Origin: Lingula anatina
Taxonomy: Eukaryota > Animalia > Brachiopoda
Length of the DNA: 64,000 nucleotides
Assembly: GCA_051362555.1 (NCBI GenBank)
Contig: CM120643.1
Location: 17,860,848-17,924,847 of the forward strand
Reading direction: 5' to 3'
Part shown: positions 21,403-35,500 of the stretch, one piece after another
Position numbering within the stretch: the stretch's first letter is position 1
Layout: each line of letters opens with the position of its first letter
Position numbers and translations under genes: made by a program
The notes under the pieces: generated by a model
The model's input: the letters and a program-made list of their open reading frames with translations, nothing else
The model's database searches: none
Told to the model about the DNA's origin: nothing

Positions 21403-24323
21403 TATGGTTTGCGCGTCTTTTGGCAAAGCTATGACTTACAAGGCTGAGCGTTACAACTTCGTGTCTCCATGTCACTTCCAGGACAAGGTCCATTAGAACA
21501 AGTCCTTGTCCTGGTCTCCACTCCGCCATTACAGGACTTGGTACAGCTGCTCCAGTCGCTCCACTGGCTCCACTCAGGACCTATTCATGTATAGAGCAAA
21601 TATATTCCTTTTTAACGATTCAGAGTTCATACGTCCATTAAAAAACGGCCTTACAACTCTAGATATTAAAAAAACACGTGGAATATTTTATAAGGCTTCA
21701 ACTCGCGTAAAACCAACACTTAGATATTTCTTCTCCATCAATGTAGCAGATAAAGGCTTACAAGGCTGCACGTTGCAGGACTTCGTTTCCTTATCATTGC
21801 CTGGACATCCCGGGCCATGTCTACACGTTCTTGACCTTGTGGTCTGCCCGCCACCGCAGGTCTTAGTACATGTGACCCACTCGCCCCAAGGACTCCATTC
21901 CGGACCTGGAGGTTAAAAAATACGCACTGATTTTCGAAGGCTGACTATAGTGGACATGAATCAACTTGGTGTTTTTCGGTGTATGACATCGCGCTACAAT
22001 TAGTGATTGAAAGAAATGGTTTAAAGGAACAAAATGAAATAGCGTAAGACCTTTATATGACAAAGTCAAAGATTAAATTTTCCTGGAAATTTCAAGCTTC
22101 CCCTTCATCACAGAGGCATACCATATACCCAACTGTCCACAGATGTACGATCCCTAAACCAGTTTTTTAGCTCTAAGTTTCAAGTTTTTGAGTCACTCTC
22201 AATCACTATGGGGATATAGACTGATGGGTTTCACTGGTGACGGTAAAAATAGAAATTATAACGTAAAATTTGTTTATAGACTATTTTTCTCAACGATTTT
22301 GGATTGGGTATGTAAATCTACTTAAATCTGTTTAGATTTACTGACCGTCACAGTCATTGCAAGACAATGATATGACCCATAACTCATAAGGTCTGACTGG
22401 AAAATACCTTTAGAAATGAGCATGCTATTTCATTTTTGCGGGTGTAAAATGTTGGGAGTCTTATGAACTCCAAATGTCCCAAAGTAATTACTTTTGAGTC
22501 CGTTAACTTCTTATCCCTTACCAATACTCCCTGATTTGAACTTTCAGACTGGAACTCTTTTTTCCTATCAATGTGATGAGTTGGCTAGCCAACAGGACCA
22601 GTCAAGTATACGACTCAATTATTGTGACCTTGGCCGTTACTATCATAGGGAAGCTAGGTGAGCGCGAGTGAGTACTGGTACACAAGCAAGCCAAGACCCT
22701 CAAAACGCCAAGGTCAAATTAGCCTCATTACCGACATTATAGGCCTTCCTATTGATTAAAAGGTATAAATTGTTCCAAAAGCACAAAGAATTGTGCATTT
22801 TGCTCCGTCAGTTGTGCATTTAATGTGGTTAACGGGCATCAATATTTATCAATTTATACTTCTTTTAGCGAAAAAAGGAAATGGTTTAAACGATATCCAG
22901 GGATACCTTATATACTAATTTACCAGTAGCATATTTTAATACCCTTTCAACCAAGAGTAGGCATATAGCGTAAATATTTTTAATTTGCAATTGAGTTGGC
23001 TTTTCAATATATTCATATTTATGGCACATGGAGAATAAATTGATGCTACACAGTCCGTACACAGTGGGTTAATTTGTGTGAAACCATAGGGCGTTGCTCT
23101 CGATACGTCTGTTTAGTTTGTCGGCATTCTTTTTGAAAATAACATTATATATTTTACAGTTGGCTATAAATCCAGGATAGCTGATTGTTCTATTGGTTTA
23201 TTAGGAAATTAGAGCAGGCAATAAGTATACACTACTGTTTTCCCCAATATATTGCTTAATTATTATTATGGTAATTTGTCACATGAATTCGGTTGCAATT
23301 ATAGAATTTGTTCCCAATCATTTCTTAACATGTTCCTGAACATTAATGTATTTTAGCACCAACACAGGATGATAAAATGTGAAAATTGGCCGTCTACTTT
23401 TCAAAGGAACCTTATGCACTGTGCCAGAGACTTTTCAAGTTTTATATTTTATATTTATAAATCTACAAGGTAGGTAAATTTACAACATTTACAACAATCC
23501 AAACTTTTTTAACATGAGCAAAACCAACACTCTTGGTCATGATGACAAGATGTTTTCCTTGATTGTTTTACTGTAATAAGCTTTTCTTTTAAAAGCAGAT
23601 ATACTTACACGGTTGAAGATTACAAATTTTAGTCTCCGTGTCTGACCCCGAACATCCGGGCCCGTTCTTGCACGTCCTGTTTCTAACGGCAACGCCTTCC
23701 CCACAGCTCTGGGAACACGTTCCCCAGTCACCCCACTGGCCCCAGTTTGGTTCCGGCTTGCAGTCTTTCTGTGACCACGCCCGGAGGACGCACGGGTTCG
23801 AAAAATCCGGGTATTTCCGTGCAACACCGTAGGTAATCGGGACTTTGGTTCCCGGAGCACAAGGATGGTGCCGCGGACCAAGGAGGCGCGTTCCACGATA
23901 TTCACATTGGTAAAACCCGCATTTGTCGGAAGAGTCTCGCAAGTACTGGTTTCTAGGGCGGCGTTGTGGGTCGCATTCTCCCACTGGTGTTGTGGAATTA
24001 GTGAATAAATAAATGAATAAACAAACAAATAAATAAATTAACTAGAAAATACATAGATGAGAACGAAGAAAAGAAATGCAGTCGGATAATTGCCGATATA
24101 TTTTCCAACGTCACTTTCAGAAGTCGGACGTAAATACTCATTTTTCAAAATTGAAACCTTAAATAATTCAGTGGAAATCGCACAAATAATAATAATAAGA
24201 TGGGATGAGCAAAAAAACACAAAAAAAGAAAGCAAGGAAAAACAGAGTCTCCCACTTACCTGGCGTGAGAAGCGCCTGCTCAGTCAAGACGAATATCAGA
24301 ACTACCTCAAAAACTACCCTCAT
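18177..24323 (-). CDS. Secreted thrombospondin type-1 repeat (x9) protein with C-terminal WxxW (Mucin2_WxxW/CILP-type) domain, ~631 aa
   Basis: 12 exons: 24323-24260, 23983-23609, 21905-21762, 21580-21440, 21278-21138, 20936-20796, 20632-20492, 20343-20203, 19923-19783, 19212-19069, 18880-18804, 18422-18177. All GT-AG, 1896 nt in frame from ATG to TAA. Confidence 0.88.
18804..18880 (-). CDS. WxxW domain, first half
   Basis: [25 protein letters not shown]; aatag / gtgagc. Confidence 0.85.
19069..19212 (-). CDS. TSP1 repeat exon (ninth repeat)
   Basis: [47 protein letters not shown]; gttagt donor. Confidence 0.9.
19783..21580 (-). CDS. Six near-identical 141-nt TSP1 exons (21580-21440, 21278-21138, 20936-20796, 20632-20492, 20343-20203, 19923-19783)
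   Basis: Each encodes PEWS(P/Q)[11 protein letters not shown](N/D)[19 protein letters not shown](T/M)E(T/S)RSCNAQP with intact AG/GT, phase 1-1. Confidence 0.88.
20465..21756. repeat. Near-perfect tandem duplication (~645-bp unit, two TSP1 exons per unit)
   Basis: 20465-21110 and 21111-21756 appear to differ only in CT/GT microsatellite length. Confidence 0.9.
21762..21905 (-). CDS. TSP1 repeat exon
   Basis: [47 protein letters not shown], phase 1-1. Confidence 0.9.
23609..23983 (-). CDS. TSP1-WxxW gene exon 2 (Cys-rich module + TSP1 repeat 1)
   Basis: GECDPQ...KCGFYQCEY...HPCAPGT...NPCV...[25 protein letters not shown]. Confidence 0.9.
24260..24323 (-). CDS. TSP1-WxxW gene exon 1 (signal peptide)
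   Basis: [21 protein letters not shown] + G|gtaagt. Confidence 0.75.
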
Positions 24324-27300
24324 GTTGTGTACATACAGAAAAAATTATGGTCCGATCCTACTTTTATATTTTTTTCACAGAAGAAGGCGGGCCTGCGATT
24401 TGACCACTACAACACGTCCACGTCCCCGCACTCTGAAAACTGACCTCAACATGTCCGCGTCCACACAGGCCCATTTTCAGCGATCACGGGATTGGTTTTC
24501 GTCATATCTCGGTAAAACATAGTTCTAAGTCTACCCAAACGGCAAGAAGAAAGTAAATTGTATTTTACCATGAACAATAACAAAACTGCACTCGAAATAT
24601 GCTTTTGTACATTGGCCGAAGTCAGCATTTTCTCTCTCCAAAACGTTTCCACTTTCCGTGTCGGTTTAAATCAGAAGGGTAATACCATGTCGCTGAACAA
24701 AGGCTATCGTTCGCCTCAGAAATGGCATGCAATCTGGGAAGTGGTTTCAGGACTGGAGCGTTCCAAACATTTGCCATGTGAACTGAATGTATGTATGACA
24801 CTCCTGTTTATCGCCCAGGCTTCCTTTTTGAACATTTGAAAACAGCTAATACTTGTCATTATTGTGTATAATTACTTCCAAGGAAATGAAATATGTGATA
24901 TATCATAAAACAAGACATTAATTGGCACTACGTACAAATTGCACCGATTGTTCCCAATAAAATAGATGCGTATGTGTGTGGGATGTGCAAACGCATGGGC
25001 AGGTGCGTGCGTGCGCGTGTGTACGGGGCGGGTGTTGGGTGAAAATACAAAGGCAAAGCGGTTGTCAAGCATTGTTGGAGTTCAGAGTAACTAAAATGTC
25101 TGTAAAATTTAGCCTGCAAGATCGATATTCAAAGGTTTACTGAAGAAACCTGTTTGACGTCTACCCTCTTATATCAGGGCCCCACTAATATACTATACAA
25201 TATCACACAATAGACTACAAGTGCATCCTGTGCTCAGAGAGTACAATGTATATGACGTTCCTTTGTGAAAATACTAACACGTTAGACTACATGTACTTTT
25301 ACGAGTTTGGTTTTGAGGTTTTGTACTGGTCATGCACAGTGAACCGATTGGAATCGTTTGTAAACTAGAAGTTATCTGCAGCAATTGTTATGAATGCCGC
25401 AAGCATCACATTATCATATTGTGACGTCAAAGTCCCCTGTTTGCTGGGGTTCTTGATTTACCGGACAGAGGCCAGAGGAAGCAATTACTTCATAAATTTT
25501 AATTAAAATATTTAAAAAAATGATAATCATGTCACATCTGGCGTTTCGGGGTGCAGTTTTTCCGTAATTTTTTTAGAATCTATTTCCTATAGAATAGTCG
25601 TCTGATTTTAATAATTTTGATTACGCATGGATATTTGAGGTGTCAAGTTGGACTACTCTTGTACATGTACATGTAGTATGTGCATGTGCATGTATTACTA
25701 TGGACTCGCTTTTTTGTATTGTGTTGCAGGGGTTTATGCTGCTCATCTAGTACATCAAAATGAATACTAATAATAATAACAATTACCAAGAAAAGCATTT
25801 AGTGCACCATGTGTTTATTCATAATACATTTTCAGTTGCACCATAAGGGCCTGCCTAACTATAACATCTTTTGTGTATACTGGTCATGTACTTTGTACCA
25901 GTAACTGTGACAATGTTTGTGATAACTGATTAAATAAATAGTACTAGTACCTTTCCTAGCACACTGAAATCACCAGCAATCGAAGTATATTACATGTATT
26001 TAAATTCCAAATATAACGATAACCAACCCTTGTACTTGTACAGTGTACTCCAAAACTACAATAAAGATTCTCTTCTGAATGTCACTTAAGTCAATTATTT
26101 CTTTCTCAAAGAGTTAATGTTTTGATAGGATAGACGAAAAGAATGTGATAAAAGGAATGTTTGATTGCCACAAAAAAGCACATCATTAATATTCTTATGA
26201 AATCATACATATTGATATTCCTCAAATAAAAGATGTTAATTTTAACATACAATGATTTAAATGCATAGTAAAAAAAAGCTGTTAATGGCAAGTATTGTGC
26301 AGAGCAAAAACCAATTTTAACCTAACAATACATTAACAAAAAACAGTTATAAAATATATGCAAATTCAACATAACAATGAATAAAAAAATAGAAGCCTAA
26401 AGTGAAACTGAAGAACTAAGTTATAACATAAAATGTTCAGCTCATGAAAACTTATGATTTTTTCAAGCCAGTTATCATAGGTTTCTAGTTGCTTGAAATT
26501 TCAACTGAAGGAAATCAGTTACTGTCAGAGACAGGGCTTCATTTGAGCAAATAAAGGGTTTGTTAATAGAAATATGAAGAAGAAAAATCTTTAAAGAATA
26601 TGAATAACCTAGAATGATGTAAATGTAACATAAATACATAACTGTAGTTATCAGATAAATAACATGTACATTGGAGAACAGCAATTATGTAAGAAAAGCA
26701 GAAATCAATTGCAGAGGGATTAAAACATCTAAGTTAGATAAGCTGAAATTGTTGTGTTTGGGATGCAGAAGAAAAGGAAAAACATATTCATGCTTTTGGA
26801 GAGGCTGGAAGAACTGCGTCAGGGAAACAAATGGACTGCAATAAGAAAGCCTTAAAAATAATTTCAGAAATAGGTTTTATGAAAGTGTTAGAAACTGATT
26901 CAGAAATAGCTCTAAGAAATTGAAAGTTTGCCTCAGCTCAACATTGTGATTACAAGCTGCCACAGTAGATCAAGTAAAGGATATTGCAGTTGCAAAAAAT
27001 ACTGTCATAAACTATTAATAACCAAAAAAACAATTATAAAAACACAATAATATATCAACATACAAAAAATAAAAGAGCACTCCAATACATTGAACATAAA
27101 TGAAATATTTTTAAAAAAAGATAATTAGACTTTTAAAAAAATTCATAACTTCATAACACAAGACTGGATTTCACTTTTATAGTCAATAACATACACATAT
27201 CATCATTTCATGAACATTCTCTTACAGTAAATGTACACATACTAGTACATGTATCTAATCAACCTTTTAACTATTCTCTTGAATTAGTATTATTTTTTTT

Positions 27301-28091
27301 TTCTTGTACAGAATTTTATACAATAACTTTTTGGCAATAAGTCTTGCAATATAAAATATTTCGTGAATCTAAGAGTCAAAATCAGACAATAAATGCAAGG
27401 TGAGGCGGTGATGTCTGTATTTTGATACAGTGGTGATACAGGTACTGGTAACTCACTTGTGGGTTAATTCAAGTCCCAAGAATACTACTTTGGACTGAAA
27501 ATTGGACCACATGAGTATCCCATCATCTTTTGTGCAGAGGGCTATTTTACAAAAGGTCTCAAGGCTTAGCTTGGACAACTTGAATCAGATGTGGGCACAT
27601 AAAATGCACCTGGCAACAGTGGCCAAAAAGTGTTTCTTAAAAGAATGATTGGTCCACACATTAAATGCAGTTGACATAGCTGGCTTCTATTCCCAAAGTT
27701 ACAGTAAGACCCAACACTCGGTCTAAAGTTTTCTTGTGAAACCAAACCCCAGCTTTAGCCCAGGCAACCTCCCAATAATTTGCCCCTTATCAGCAGAAAC
27801 AGTTTAACTTTAAACTGGCAGAATACAGAGGAGAATGGTAACAGACATGATGACAATAGTCATTTCCTTTCATCAGACAACATACAGTATAATAATGCAT
27901 CTCCATATGTTATAAACAATGATCAATTAATAAATCAGCTAATTAATTAGGGACAATGTCTAAAGTATTCATATCAATTCATATAAGATATATACATCAT
28001 TCTAGGATATATTTAATGCAGTAATGCAAAGAAATCCATACTGTATATGTTGTATATAGTTAAGCAGTAATAAACAATATTTGGCGCGCGC

Positions 28092-28129
<38 letters not shown>

Positions 28130-28986
28130 ATATATAAGAATTTTTTTCAGCTGTTATGCCTTTGCTTTTTGGTTGGAGACTTTCCACAGTAAAATGATTA
28201 CTTGTAATATACATTGTATATAGGTTAATTCACTTTAATTCAAAATGCAAAGAAAGCTGAACAGGAAAAGAACAAATATGAGATTTAACGATGTACGATT
28301 GTATATAATACCAGATTATACTAATATTATCCCAAACTGACTTATTCAACTACTTTCTGCACAGAAATATACACTAGCTGTTTAATTTGAATTATATAAT
28401 ATTAATACACACCAATATAAACATATAAGTTATGAATTTTTGGACAATTCATTTGTTTACCACATGATAATTATCATTCACATTTACTTTATAATTTTAA
28501 TTGTTAGTTTTAATTCTTTACTCTTTGGAACTAAGAACTATATACAAGCATTATTCATTAATGACTGAGGACCTGTCTTTCACTATGGTAGCCTCCATTG
28601 CACCTTTTCCCTAGTCACAAGTATCCTGACATTTACCTAACACAACTCTTGCAACCTCATCTGATTCACTAATGGTATCTATTATATAATATCTATAGGT
28701 AATAGGTTTCAGTTACCAGACACAATAGTACTTTTTAACAAGACAATTTTCAACAATATATACCAGTAGTTTCTTATCCAAACCCTTATGGACTGTACAC
28801 AGTAGTTACTTACAAGTGTCCAGGATTAGGTGGGACAGTACTCCTGCATTTTTATTATCTGTTCCTTACTTCTCTCTCCCCCCCCCCCCCACACACACAC
28901 ACATCTGTATCAAATTTTAACCAAAAAGAGCAAAATATCTGTTCAAAACATGGCTATACCAGTATATTTTCACTTGATTAATTTTC

Positions 28987-29062
<76 letters not shown>

Positions 29063-29440
29063 AACACACACATACATGCACAAATTCAATCCCCATCTCA
29101 CCCACTCCACTCTACCCACCCCTGCTTGAGGGCATCTGAGCAGTTATATACACTTTTGTGAATCTTGCTCCCCCCCTCCCCCCACCCAATATCAAATTAA
29201 AAATGCTGACAACTGACATATGTGTGCATGGTATTAATTATCATTATTTTGGTGTTGATGCATGTGACTATACATGTATGTGCTTCGGGAGAGGGACATC
29301 AACTATTTAACTGACAATGATTGTCTATGACACAGGGGCTGGGCATTTTCATAATCACAGTTTCCAAGTCTCTCTGGCTTCAAAAATTTTGCCCCAGCTT
29401 AGCTTTCCAAGTCCCTGTGATTTGACTACATGCAAGGATA

Positions 29441-29502
29441 TTATTTCATCACAGCCTGCTCTTTCCAGTTGTGTATATTCTCCTCTAACATTTTCTGCTG
29501 TT
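29441..29502 (-). CDS. KIAA0513: KIAA0513 last coding exon
   Basis: [19 protein letters not shown]; ttccag acceptor. Confidence 0.85.
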
Positions 29503-32500
29503 CTGGAAACATAAAAAATGTAAATAAAAAATTACTGATATTATGTTACCCTATTTTATGAAAGTACTGTACATTTATCCTGAATTACTAGTAGAGTAGA
29601 ACATAATTTAGAAATACTTTGATAGAGAAGATTTAACTGAAACTTCTCTCTACAAACAAATCTAAAATGTACATTTTACAGTACCTTCTTTCAAACTTGC
29701 AATGGTTGATTGCTTCTTCAGGAACTCCAGACACAGCTGTTTAGTAAGTCCTAGGGCAAGCATATTGCTGGTGAAGTTCCTGAAAAAGAAATTAAGGTAC
29801 TGCATATTGCTAAAAAGGCTGATTGTGTTTCATCAAATCTATCACAGCAAATAAAGGGTGAAAAGGTTGTTAATGTTGCTGCTATTTGTGGCTACTAATT
29901 CCAAATTCCTTTTTTAACAACTTGAAGGTTTTGTTCAAATAATTCAAAAGATAATAATGCGCACACACACACACACGCACACACACACACAAAATTGTTA
30001 CTCACCCCAGCTGACCAAATGTGATGTTCCTCTCAAATTTCCTATCGTCTCTCCGGTCCTCATTATCATTCCCACTGAAATATTGAAATAATGAATTAAT
30101 CAAAACCAAAACTTTTCAAAAACTTCTCAGTAAAATTCAGGGAATGTGATTCTAAAACCCAATTCTATACTTAGTATTTTCTCAGCAAAGTTACTTGATG
30201 GGCTGAGGGGGGGGGGGATTGTCAACCCTTTACTTTACACACTCAGGCTATTCTTCATTTTTACCAGAGTAATCTCTTCTTTGCAGGAATTAGAGGATGT
30301 CTTTTATATGCAAAATTCATGGAAAATACTGAAGCCTTCTTTTTACCAGAGTATTCTTTTCTCAGCGAAATTCAATCAATACTCTCGCCTTTCAGTTTGG
30401 ATCTTGATGCGGAAAAAGATTTCCACAAATCATTTCTAATTCCTGAGAAAATCCGATTTCCTACTAATTTCTCTACAAATGCTGTTCATATTGATCCCAA
30501 TGGATGAAAATGCAATCAAACAGCAGCGGATATTTAACCATTTGAAAATCTAATCACCTCACCAGTTTTTACTGGGGGTAATATGCAAAAACTCTACATC
30601 CTGCTGTTAAAAAAAACATCTTTGAGAAGTGCCAACTTTAACATTCATTTGGTAATGAACTGGAAGTCACAAACTGAGGATGTGATATATGTAAATAACT
30701 TTGAATGGCTTTTGATCTTTTGTGCATATAAAATGGGACAGGAAATCATTGTAAAAACAAATTAAGGATGAGCAAGTGTAATCGCACAGCATTCTGATTT
30801 TTTTAAATAGACAAAATGAAAAATTATAGAAGAATAAAGTTAACACCTTAACGAACCTGAAGCAGAAACTGACTGACAGGTTTGCAAGGAAGACGAAGGT
30901 AAAAAGGATTAAATCTACAACCTGCTTTTGAGTTAGCCCTGCTGCATGTTTGAAAGGCTGACAGAAAAAATTCCCTAATCCACAGTAAGAAAAACCTCCC
31001 TTCTGCTTAATTAACACCAATGAAATATGCACCAACCAAAATAAATTGTCTATGTAGAGCACTGGGGAGCTATTCTCTTATATAACCGTCCATGTCAACT
31101 ACAAGTATTAAACTGTTAATCTCTCAAAACATACGACTACAGATGGAATGCTAAGATAAAATGCTCAATGTGAAAAGACCTTTCCATTCCAGTTTTCCCT
31201 ATACAGGAGAACTGCCGATCAATTCCCCAGAGTGTGCTTATGAAAAATGCACTGCACGCCCACTGCATTGTGCTATTGATTACTAATAGGCAGTATTTGC
31301 TGGTCGAATCAGTGCAAGAATGGGCATTGTCAGAATACATAAATCTCATTCTATTTCTCCCAGTAGTTGTGATGACAACAAAAAATTTCAAATATCTTAC
31401 TTTTTAAATCACTTTTTACTTTTCATATTTTTTTAGGAGGGGGGGGGGGGGTAACTTGTAAAAAACATACTGAAAGAACCACACTGAATCATCTTTACCA
31501 AATATTATCCACAAAAGAATTTAAATTTTTTTTTTTTAATTCTGACTTTTCAATGTTGTTAGAATTTAGTGAGAAATTACTGCACCGGACCAATTTTCTT
31601 ATTTTATACAGATGGGTAGCCATGTGCATACATATATATGTATTCTGTCTCCAATAACCTAAATCTAAATAATTACTTTTTCTTTAAAATAAGTATTAGC
31701 AAAGGCAGCTGAGTTTATCTGACTAATAAGACCATTTGATTTCAGCAGCCTAAACTGAGCCCCAACACTTAGGGGTCCCACCCTTTGTTAGGCAGTCGCA
31801 TCTGTATTACAAATGCACATCAAGATCGACCTTCATTACCTGTTTTGTATATGCCGCCTACTGCGTTCATGCTGAACAGCATCGAAGAAAGCAGCATTCC
31901 AGAATCTTAGGGATCTCCATATCGGTTGGTCTTTGAGATAGCTGTACAGGAAGTGTTTGTACACTGGCCCTGAAGGGTGGCGAACTGCAATGATGAATAT
32001 GCCATGTTACAACCAACACAATACATGGCACAACCAACACAATACATGTCACAACTAACACAATACATGTCAACAAGTAAAAGATATGTTATAACTAACA
32101 TAAGACATTTCACATCTGACACAATATATGTAATGCCACAACCATGACAAAACATTTGACAACAATTACATGTCACAACAAAAACATGTCATTAAAAACA
32201 AATCATGTCACATGTCACAACTAATATAATGGACCACAGTAAAGACAGTATACTATATCTTTATTTTAATACCCTGAAAATGTAATGATAAATAAAAGCA
32301 ATCAAAGTAAAACCAGAAATGAGAAACCAGCAACCAGAAAAGAGGTAAACATATACCACACTATAAAAAAAAACATCTTTTACATCATCTTATTCGATAA
32401 AACTTCCCACACAATGCAATGATTTTTTGAGATTTCCTCTTTTCCATTCTTGTGATAACTTGATTCTGTTCTTATAAACTGGAATGTAATAAGTCATGGA

Positions 32501-35500
32501 TGATGATCCCCTACAGAGCTACACAGACACAACCCAGCAGTTGAGATGTTAAAAATAAATTCCCTGGAAACCTCTGGAGGCATGATTTCCATAAATTCCA
32601 CTTAGGTCAATAAAATTCTTGCATGCTATGGTCCCTTGTCTGACTTTCATATAATATTTCCTAAAATAGTACATAAAGCTGAACATACTCTGTTATGTGC
32701 TATCCTCAAATGACCGAGTCCCAAATGACGTATGAATAATTTACAAAGAAGCAAATCTCTTCACCAAAATATTTTTAAAGGAGTTTTTTTCCTTTTGTTT
32801 ATTTAATTATTTTGTTTTTTGGAACTGCAATTCTTAAAAAAAAAATCCAGTCAATAGGTACATAATATGGGTTAAAAAAACCCACAGGTTTTAACAGAGG
32901 TGCCCTTGGGAGCTGACAAGTTCGATCCCAAGTTGTTTTAAATAAACACTAATCCAATATACCAAACAACTTCATTTTTCCTGGATTCCAGCCTTGTGTA
33001 CACGACTAATGTTATTTAGTCTCTAAGTAAAGAATAATTCTATTTTCACACTATTTGGAGATCATGAAAAACCTCTTTCTTACAAAGAACTTAATTTTGG
33101 CACAAATAATGCCTATTGTAAGGTGCAGATTACACTCTAGCTACAAATGTAACAGGCCAATATATATATATAATGCTTGTGCAAGTGTCTTCACATCCTT
33201 GTCTACTATCTGTCTTTTTAAAATCTATTTGGAATTTAAATATCTTTTTATACCTTTGTGACTAGCACAATAAATAAATATATAAATATGTTAGTCATAC
33301 ATCTTGCTACTTCATAACTTGTAACTCACCTTCATGGCAAAATGTAAAACACATATTCATTAGCGTCTTTGCAGGAGAGAAATCCTCAGCTTCATTGCAC
33401 TCAAAGAGACAAATAGCAAAAAACTGGATCAGACGGTAGAAGATCTGCTCATCTACAGTCTTTGTGTTCACTCTCTGGAAATAATTGTGATGAAAAATGT
33501 TTTAAAAATTTATTATTACCATTATACGCATAATTATTCCTATTTTAAGAAAAGAAGACAATATATATATATATATGCTTTTTAAATTTGTATTAAGAAC
33601 ATGTTATGAATCCATCCCTGAAACAAAGTTATAAGCTATAAACTGATGTGTGGAACTGCATTTAGCATACACTGTGTTACCTGAGCATTCATGTTCCTTG
33701 CAAACCACAAACGTCCAGGATTTTCCTGAAATGTACAAAAAAGAGAATAAGGTATATATGCCTTCATAAATTTAGCAATGTAAAACAGCAACCACTTTCT
33801 TGTTATAAAGACACTGATAAAATTTTGGGTCAAATAGAACCAAAATTATGATCTTAAAAGTTTGATCAACTTTTGGCCTAAAATTATATTGTAAGAACTG
33901 TCCCCTGGCGCTTCTGTGTGAACAGAGACAATGACCTAATCAAGGGAAGTGCTTTGAGGCCACAGGATACGAGTCTCATCACAATGCAGTCACGCAAGAT
34001 CACGCAAGAAGGCAGCTGTTTTTTTTTATCTTGAAATACACCTTCACCTAATGAGTCGAAAGACCAAAGCGGAGGCATCTTTCAGGGTGTTTTGCAATTC
34101 ACGCTGGATGCGCGAATGTGAAGTACACTTAAACAGAATAAGAGTTGGTCTGAAACATTAACAATATACATATCTCTCTTGGTTGTATTGATATTGTATA
34201 TCATTTTAAGGGTCTATATACTACCCATTTATTTTGGCTGTAAGTAGAAATTTTCAGGGGTATTTATGAACAACAGACAGCTGTATTGTTATATCCAAAC
34301 TGTTTTACAATTTAACTGCTGTTTTCTAGTCCATATAATTTTGGCAAAACTAACTGAAATTCTACACAACCATACTCTGCCTGGCAGATATATACATATC
34401 TCTGGTACTGATATGCCTTGGTGTGTTTTTATCTAGATCTAGCTCCTCCACAGTCCACAGATATATCACCATGTACTGTCCTTTTTCTTCTGTAATACTG
34501 TTTTTCTTTTTGTTGGCTACAAGTAGTTTGAAGGGCAAAATATAGCATATTTGGGTTTTGCAACTGTTTATCATTCACCATAAACTTACTTGGCAAAGCT
34601 CCCCAAATCTTGCTTTGTCTGTCTGAGATATTGCCTCTCTGAAATTATAAAATTATTTGTTCATGATAAAGTGAGAAATATTTGGATTAAACCTAACACC
34701 TGCAGGAACTTGTGAAGTCCCAGAAAATATTATATATTGTAAGAGTACAAAAGTTATGGTAAAAAAATGTATCAATTAAGATAAAGATGAGCAAATGCAT
34801 CATAGAAATGGACATTACAGCCTGTATATGTACTTGTTTTTTATTTATTCTTTTTTGTTTCCCTGTTGTCCAGACCTGAAGGTTAATGTGGTCTGTTTAA
34901 AATACACAGGGAACATCTTCAAAAGATATCCGAGTTGATTGATGTGACATGAACTAATGAAATAAAGGAGACCAAGAAAAAGAAGGGAAAAAAATCAGTC
35001 TGGCATGCTTGCCTTAATTACTAAACCACAATAACAGTATGTCTATTCCACAGAGGAAATACAATCACTCAATCGCTGCCATGTACCAGTACTATTGCAG
35101 AAGTGGTTTTAACTACTTAAAAGTCACACACTGAAAACTTGATATTTAATAAATGTTTATAGCCCCCCCTCCCCCGAAAAAAAAAATTACCAAGAAATTT
35201 AGGCAATTTTCCCTCATACCCCATATATGTATAGTATTACCCTATCCAAAATCATTAAGAATATAATACTAGTAATGATCTTAAAACTCAGTTTCGAATT
35301 TCTATTTTTTTATCTTAAGCATCACAAGTAACTACTTCTAGTCCCCATTTCTATTACAAGAGTGGCTTATTTCAAACAAAACAATAGTCAAATATTATCT
35401 TATGACCTCAGTGTCCTTGAAAAGTAGACCAAGCAGAGTTCTTTGCTGAGATACCCAAGAGCCCCTTGAGAGACTTTTGATCAAAAATAGATGGTCTGTG

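Noticed and set aside
19783-21580. Regularly spaced repeats with unique spacers resembling a CRISPR-like array
   Set aside because: The repeats are 141-nt TSP1 coding exons with splice sites in eukaryotic DNA; no cas genes.
22100-23425. CACAGTG/CACTATG heptamers suggesting Transib or RAG-transposon ends
   Set aside because: No nonamer, no extended TIR match, no convincing 5-bp TSD and no transposase remnant.
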